NCBI GenBank assembly: GCA_028023455.1
Contig: JAQFVV010000004.1
Span: 11,718,001-11,782,000 of the forward strand
Direction: 5' to 3'
Source: Epiperipatus broadwayi
Taxonomy: Eukaryota; Animalia; Onychophora
Length of the DNA stretch: 64,000 nt
This document shows, piece by piece, positions 56,921-64,000 of the stretch. Below the pieces are notes generated by a model. That model saw only the letters and a program-made list of their open reading frames with translations. It did no database searches and was not told where the DNA came from. The translations under genes were made by a program, and so were the position numbers. Position 1 is the first letter of the stretch; every line of letters starts with the position of its first letter.

Positions 56921-57048
56921 TCCCTTTTCAGTTATATATATATATATGGATAATTATTGAAATATAACAAATTATACTCTATTATCCCTTTTCAGTTATA
57001 TATATATATATGGATAATTATTGAAATATAACAAATTATACTCTATTA
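56921..57048. repeat. Perfect 64-bp tandem duplication
   Basis: tcccttttcagttatatatatatatatggataattattgaaatataacaaattatactctatta occurs twice. Confidence 0.9.
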
Positions 57049-57455
57049 GTAGTATATTTTTCCATCTTTTTTCCACTTACGGTAAGTTTTAGAAACTAAT
57101 GTTAGTATCCCAGTGACATTTTATTGGTTTATCTAAAGTATGCTATAGTTGGAGAAGGGAAATTTTGCTGCAATAATAAGTTTACTATAAAATTGCAGTT
57201 AATAAAATGTTCTATGTCATTATAAGGTATAACAACTCAATATTGAATTAAACTATATCAAATTTGAATCAAATAAATATTGTTTGAACTGTGTTGATAT
57301 TTATAAATTCTAATAATCAGAACATATATTTTGTTATTGCAAATCTAGGACTGTGCTCATTATAAAATATTTATAATTAGAAGCCATTTTTAAAATATAA
57401 TTGCTAAATATTTTCCAATTCTTTGTTTTGGATGGCTAAAGCAGATTTTCTTTGA

Positions 57456-57691
57456 TTAAAAACATATTAAACAGGGAAAACTCTCCATACAGTAGTGCCA
57501 CCCTGTGCTAACCAGAGTAATCAATGGATGCCAGAAGGCTTGTGCATAAAATCCTCATCTAGTGCATACTCATTCAATAGCCCCAAACTAGTTTCTGACT
57601 TGTGGCCTTCGTCAGTGAGGAGCCTTGGATCTGAGAGCACTGGACCTAGATCTTAGGATCTCGTGATGTTTAGTGGTTTAAAAACATATTA
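57456..57691 (-). mobile_element. Family A copy with hammerhead (57580-57621) and 14-bp TSD
   Basis: Direct repeat TTAAAAACATATTA at 57456-57469 and 57678-57691. Homologous to 58559-58750. Confidence 0.9.
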
Positions 57692-58668
57692 TAGGATAAT
57701 TTTATGTTATCATTAACTTTCATACTAAATATTAAAATTATTATTTATATAAAATATAGTTTATTAGATTGCAAAATTAATTTGCCTATATTACAAATTG
57801 GAATAATATTAAAGCTTATGAACATAATATTGCCTATCTCTGAGAAGTTTTTGGTCAATTCATTATTTAAATATAATTTAAAAATTTAATATCATAATTT
57901 AACATAATTTTTCATATATAAATGAAAATGGCCATCTCTAAATATTTGTAAGAATTGCAGTACTTATGGATGAGTCAATTTATAATATAGCTTTAAAAGA
58001 AATGTGATTGATTTAAGAATTTTCATACTTTCTGTCCAAAGTGCTTCAGATAAGCTTTTATAAAAGAAATCGAGATAAAGAGACAAGACAATCTGTTCTT
58101 TAGCCTAAAAAATGTTTTGTCTTGTACTTTGGATTGAGAGTATTTCATTTATTTAACAAACCAGTAATTAGAGTATTAATCTCAGTGTATTACACACATA
58201 TATCAAATTAATTATGACAAACTAGTGCTTATATAAATTTGAAATGGTTTTTTATTCTTTGTCGCAGCAAATTAGAGCCATACTTAACAGTTATATTTGT
58301 GTTCTTTCAAAATTTTTGCATGTTTCTTAGCCAAAAGAAAAATTTAAAGATTGTTAGTGAAGATGGCAGTGTTGAGGCTATGTGAATCAATAACGGTGAA
58401 GTTTATCACTGAAAGCTAATCTTTTTATTTAAATTATAGAAAACTCAAGCTTACAATAGATAACTCAAGAATTAAATGAGAATAATTGAGCTTGAAAACA
58501 AATGAGTAATCTTATGAGAAATTATGTGATATTGTTACTGAAAACAGTAAAGATGATAAACAGAGCAAAACTCTCCATACAGTATAGCCACCTGTGCTAA
58601 ACAGAGTAATCAATGGATGCCAGAAGGCTTGTGCATAAAATCCCTATCTAATGCCTACTCATCCAATA

Positions 58669-58710
58669 TCCCCAAACTAGTTTCTGGCTTGTGGCCTTCA
58701 TCAGTGAGGA
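58669..58710 (-). ncRNA. Minimal type I hammerhead ribozyme (family A)
   Basis: TCCTCA-CTGATGA-a-GGC-cacaa-GCC-a-GAAA-CTAG-TT-TGGGGA. Confidence 0.75.
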
Positions 58711-59153
58711 GCTTTGAATCTGAGAGCACTGCATCTAGATCTTAGGATCTAATGCAACCCTCTAGCAACCACCTTTTATCTCTACTTAACTACAAAACTA
58801 TGAGAATGAAATTGAAAACACAAAAAATATTTTCAATCTAAGCTCAATAGCTTATATAGTCATATGGGTCTGAACTCAGTTCAGCACTCATACATTTTGG
58901 TGTCTTTGGCTCTTTTACAACCATAGACACCCCTATCCTATTAGGCAAGATTGGTGTTAAACCATTAAGCATCACATGATCATATTTCCTATACTAGCAC
59001 ATTAATTGTTAACAAACAGAGCAAAACTCTCCATACAGTATTGCCACCTGTGCTAAACAGAGTAATCAATGGATGCCAAAAGGCTTGTGCATAAAATCCC
59101 TATCTAATGCCTACTCATCCAATATCCCCAGACTAGTTTCTCAGATCCAAAGC

Positions 59154-59195
59154 TCCTCACTGACGAAGGCCACAAGCCAGAAACTAGTCTGGGGA
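59154..59195 (+). ncRNA. Minimal type I hammerhead ribozyme (family A)
   Basis: Stem I TCCTCA/TGGGGA, core CTGACGA, stem II GGC/GCC, GAAA, palindromic ACTAGT stem III, GUC triplet. Confidence 0.8.
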
Positions 59196-60714
59196 TATTG
59201 GATGAGTAGGCATTAGACAGGGATTTTATGCACAAGCCTTCTGGCATCCATTGATTACTCTGTTTAGCACAGGTGGCAATACTGTATGGAGAGTTTTGCT
59301 CTGTTGATCAACAATTAATGTGCTAGTATAGGAAATGTGATCATGTGATGCTTAATGGTTTAGTAAAGATGATATTCATCAGCTACTTAATTTTGAATAT
59401 TTGAGATTTCATTTAATAGTTACTCTCTATTTATTTATGGGACTTACATATTAGACCTGCAATGCAGAGGAGATGGTAGGCCTTTTCACATCTGCAATAA
59501 ATGTATAAAGTTGCGATTATGTCAAATAAACCCTGTGATGTTATCAAATCACATATCAAAACATGTAACAGTAAAATTGGCATTCATAAGAGAACATGGT
59601 TGGAGGATTTGAGAATTTCATTCCTAAATGGAGATTCACTTTATTTACAGTTGGGCTTGCAAATTAAACTCAATAGAATGAGGAAAACTAGAGCTTGGCT
59701 TAACAGATGAAAACATAATTGATTGGAATAACTATATGCGGAAAATTTGTACTACTGCCATGTTGTTGTTTTTTTTTGTGATAATTTAATACTCTCACTT
59801 ATCTATATTTCATTTTGACAACATCTTTAATGCTGTCAATTGTATTTTTTAACTATTTTTACTTCATTTGTGTTTATAGTTTTGATTCAACCCGATTTAT
59901 TCTGACTGTTGAAAAGCCTATAAAAATGCTGAATTAAGAAGTGCCGATTACAACCATTTTCGGGTACCATCACAAATACAATTAGGTGTTAAGTAAGTGT
60001 GCATTTTGGGAAAAAATAAAAATTTTACTTTTAGTCTCCATTTTGGGAAAAAAAATTATCCACTTAAAAAAAAGTAGAACCAGAAAATTAATTGTTTATT
60101 TATTGAATGACTGATTGGATTAGCTGTGAAATTTTTACCTGCAAGAAAAATTCACTTGTATAAAATCTGGAAAAAAAATTGAAGTTTGTACCTGGTATTC
60201 AAACCTCTGATCACTAATAAGTTGATCACTAGTATGATTTATTTGTATCTCTAATTTACCTATTATTAACAAAAATATAATTATATATAAATCATTTAAG
60301 TTAATTATTGTAAATATAATTAAGTTTTTAACTTTTTCATTAAATGAAAAATGTTTTTATTAAGTGAAAAAAATCAAATAAACTAACAAACAGTTAAAAA
60401 TAATAAAACATTAAGTAGTTATATAAAGTATTAAAGAAAGGTTCATTGTACAAATAATTTATTGTGTGGGTGAATTATAAAACAATCTAAGTTCTTCAAC
60501 CTATTTATATAACAATAGAGATTGGTCAATCTTGCTTTGAAATTGTTTAAGTCATTTAACAATGGAATCTATGGTTCAATATAAAATAAATTATCAGGGG
60601 GGGGAAACAAAAGATAAACTATACTTTTGTTATATGTGTGTGTGTGTTATTATTGTTTTACTCATTTTACTTATTTTTCTTACATTTGTGTAATTGTAAA
60701 CATTTAAAAAATAC

Positions 60715-61620
60715 ATTAACAATAATAACATATGATAATGATGCATTATGTGTTAGTAAAGGGATGTTAGATTACTTAGAAAAAGTACAAAGAGAAGCAG
60801 GAAGATATGCAATAGATGCAGATATGTGGCCAGCAAAGGAGGCAATTCAAGGAGAAATGGGATGGGCAAGTTTTTATATGACAGATTCAAAATGAAAATG
60901 TTCAGTAAATTACAGTTTATGGATAATTAGAAAATATCCAAAATAGTATTTAATTGGGTTATGAGTAATGGGCAGGCAACAAGATGGGTGAGAAACCTAA
61001 TACAGTATGCAGAAGATTTGGATAAAGAATTTATGTCAGTATACTTATACAAAAAATAGGATGATTGTGTTAGAAGAATTATTGAGTGCAATAGTGGCAA
61101 GGAATGGAATAGACGAATAGATGCATTAATAAAGAATAGGGAGTTGGAGAGATGGAGAACTAGTATGGAGAGTAAAAATAAATAAATATATATATAGAAG
61201 TAAACAGAATATTGGGTGCAAGTTAATTTATGATAATAACAAGGAAAGTAGTTTGCTGTTTAAGGCTTTGACTGGATCTTTAGTAACAAGGGAATATACA
61301 CATAAATTGCAAAATTTGAGTTATTTAGTCTGCAAGTTGTGTAAGGAAGGCATAGAAAGTATTAGGCATCTGTTAATTGAATATAAATGCCTGCAAGCAG
61401 TAATGGTATAAATAATGAAGTTGTGGAAGAATAAATATAAACAAAGTGATTATATAGGAAGTGGGTTCTTGGTTTTTATGCTGGGTTTGGAAAAAGATAA
61501 AGGGAATTTAAATATAAAGGCCACGGAGTTGACAAAGACTGTGTTGTGAAAATGGGATGGAAAAGGATAGAGAAGAATATGGGGAAAACTTAGAGGAGGG
61601 AATGGAAAGGGAAAGTAATG
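60715..61620 (+). mobile_element. Decayed non-LTR retrotransposon 3' part (post-RT region and C-terminal CCHC knuckle); clade not resolved
   Basis: LEKVQREAGRYAI..EAIQGEMGWASF, then LLFKALTGSLVTREY...CKLCKEGIESIRHLLIE. Confidence 0.75.
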
Positions 61621-62022
61621 TGACTAACAGATTTCTCTGAGCATAGCAGCTGAGAAATTCCTGACTCAGAATAAGAAGTCACAGTGCATTGCATCACATC
61701 ATAATTGAAAAGAGTAAAAATTAATATTTGGTGAAAAGTGCTTTTTAGTATATGATTATTATTATTTATATTATTGCCATTATATGAGAATATTTTATAT
61801 TATATCATTGATTTATTTAAATATATGTAAAAGCAGCATAATGGATTAAATTTCTTTCCATTTTTGATGATTAACATAATGATTTTACATTTTTAAATAG
61901 CATTTCATATTTACTGATTTAAGCTCTATTTCAAGTTTTTGAGAATACTCAAACACTTTAATTTAGTTCTTTATATTTGCCATACAAACAGATAAAATAA
62001 TGATTTTCATAGGTGACAATCA

Positions 62023-62216
62023 TTTAAACTCTTAATAAACAATAGCAAACTCTCCATAAAGTAGTGCCACCAAGTGCTGCCCTTAGTAATCAATGCATCC
62101 ATCCATTGATTACTAAGGCTTGTATTTGCTGACACTACTGTATGTAGAGTTTGCTCTGGTTGTTAACAGCTTGTGTAAGCATATGAAAATGGTAATCACA
62201 TGATGTTGAAACTCTT
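62023..62216. mobile_element. Old family A hairpin copy with tail
   Basis: Arms agcaaactctcc..tagtaatcaatg / cattgattacta..gagtttgct. The tail is homologous to the 15950 tail. Degenerate TSD tt(t/g)aaactctt. Confidence 0.7.
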
Positions 62217-64000
62217 GTTTTATTACTATGCTGATTCTTAACTTATGACTAATATTAAATAAGTTTTTTTTTCCTATTTGCCTCATAGATTTTCTGTGTC
62301 AATAATGTAATTATATCTTTTACTTATTATCATTTATTATCAACAAAGACAAAAATTATTTGTTATATTTAATTTGAACTTAACTGCTAAGTCTGCACCA
62401 TAAAATTTTGATTATTGTAACAAATTATTCCTACTAGAATAAAGTTAAATCAATTTGGAAAGCTAGTATTTAAAATAACTAAAACATATTGATTCTTTTT
62501 TTAAGAACAAAGATATGTTGAAACCAGCTTTGGGACTTTTTCTACAATAATTCATAATTTTAGATTTTAAAAAATCCATTCATATATGAAAATGAATAAT
62601 CAAAATAAATAATTGATGACTTTATTGCTTCAGAGTTCAAGAAAAGGTGTCAATTTGGATGTAATTTGTGGAATTTAAACTCCAATCTGTCATTCTCCCA
62701 ATTGTACCAAACTATACAGGACATACAATTGAATGCTCATATGATGTTTAGTATAGTAATAAAAGAATAGACTTAAGATCAAAGATGAATCTGTCATTTT
62801 TAATGCTGAACCTCACTTAATTTCATCAGCAACCAATCATTCAATTATTTTTAATAATTATAAAATTTATATATACTTACATTGTAAAGAACTAAGTTTG
62901 CTTTGTAATGCACAAACTCTATCGATGTATTTAAAGGAGAAAATAAACCTAACTAATGTACAATCCATATACAATTATGAAAGTAATATCTTAATTATAA
63001 AAAAAAACATATACATCCTGTTGATCTTATTATGAAAGTATTTATTTACAGTGTTCACTCACTTGTCAGAGTAAATCATAGTGGAATAATATATCATTAT
63101 GAATTATTATCAGAAATAACAGACATTCTCACAAAGACATATGGTGATTCCAATTCCATGAGAAAAAAATATTCTAGAGATAACTTCATAATGAGTATCC
63201 ATGCTGACTTATTGATCCAATTGTCTGCCTAATTGACATTTTCGAATGCTCAGAAAATCTTTCCCAAAATACTTTAATGCCACATGTAATTGTAGCTCTC
63301 TAATGTATCACATTCTCAGCCATATTTTTCTGATGAAAACAATCAACATTGCACTTCTGATGTCTTTTATATAATCTTTATAATGTAAATGGGGTCTATA
63401 TTTTCCAAGAAACCTATGCTCAAATTCACCATAAACATTTATTTAATGTCTTGTACTGCTTTTCCATTTATATATATAATCCAACAAAGATATATTATAA
63501 TTGTGGGCGCTATCATAGCCAAAAGATTAAATAATACTGTTTGTTTTTATGTTCTTGCCATTTTATTTTTAGAATTTTACAGAAGCATCCTTAAATGAAA
63601 ATTTTCAAATGTTTTTAAGTTGAATTAATAGGGAGTCCAAGTCTTACATCCATACAACAATTAGATAAAAATCCAACTCTATATACAGCTAGTATAGTTT
63701 CAGGAGTTGTTTTTGTGTGTGTGGTGAAATATGGAATAATATATAAAATGTCCTTACTATTATATAAATTCTTACAAATTTAATAAAAATCCGACTAAAA
63801 CAATACAATTTCTAGTTTACTGACATCAGCCTATAACATGATTAAAAAAATGAAAAATAAACATTTTTGTAAAAGAATTTAATTTAGATTTAAAAGATTA
63901 AATGAATATTTATAAAATAGTCACAATAAACGTTCTTTTTTTACTTTTATTTTATTTGATTCTCATATTTTAATATATTAATTATGATAAAATAAACATA

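Larger units (their letters stand above)
58546..59374. mobile_element. Young family A insertion: 456-nt tandem unit on the minus strand plus an inverted arm and tail, 13-bp TSD
   Basis: Direct repeat AGTAAAGATGATA at 58546-58558 and 59362-59374. Direct repeats start at 58559 and 59015. Inverted repeat spans 58958-59362. Confidence 0.92.

Noticed and set aside
57470-59305. Family A repeats as a CRISPR-like array or LTR pair
   Set aside because: Repeats are long, irregularly spaced and partly inverted. They lack TG..CA ends, PBS and PPT, and the context is eukaryotic.
59501-59710. 69-aa ORF
   Set aside because: No recognisable motif or splice signals.
62700-63400. Possible LINE RT remnant on the minus strand (DF.AF..V-like near 63240)
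   Set aside because: Only one weak, frameshifted motif.

Overview
This is very AT-rich, CpG-depleted eukaryotic (probably invertebrate) genomic DNA. It appears to be mostly intron of a + strand host gene, with candidate exons at 595-737, 36785-36934 and 44978-45045 encoding an unrecognised coiled-coil protein. The rest is decayed transposons: a CR1/L2/Jockey-type LINE, RTE LINEs, L1/Tx1 3' ends, another LINE 3' end, a decayed Gypsy-like remnant, two Penelope GIY-YIG fragments and a SPIN/URR1-like hAT MITE. The main unexplained signal is a recurring insertion architecture, seen about 12 times in several unrelated sequence families. Each has a 10-14 bp target duplication around an inverted repeat with one arm extended by a 30-60 bp tail. 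Several carry minimal type I hammerhead ribozymes and one carries a Penelope endonuclease fragment. One non-coding family (5 insertions) includes a young insertion with a 456-nt tandem unit bounded by hammerheads, consistent with a retrozyme-like, possibly circular-RNA parasite of Penelope-like elements. All alignments were done by eye, and no database search was run.
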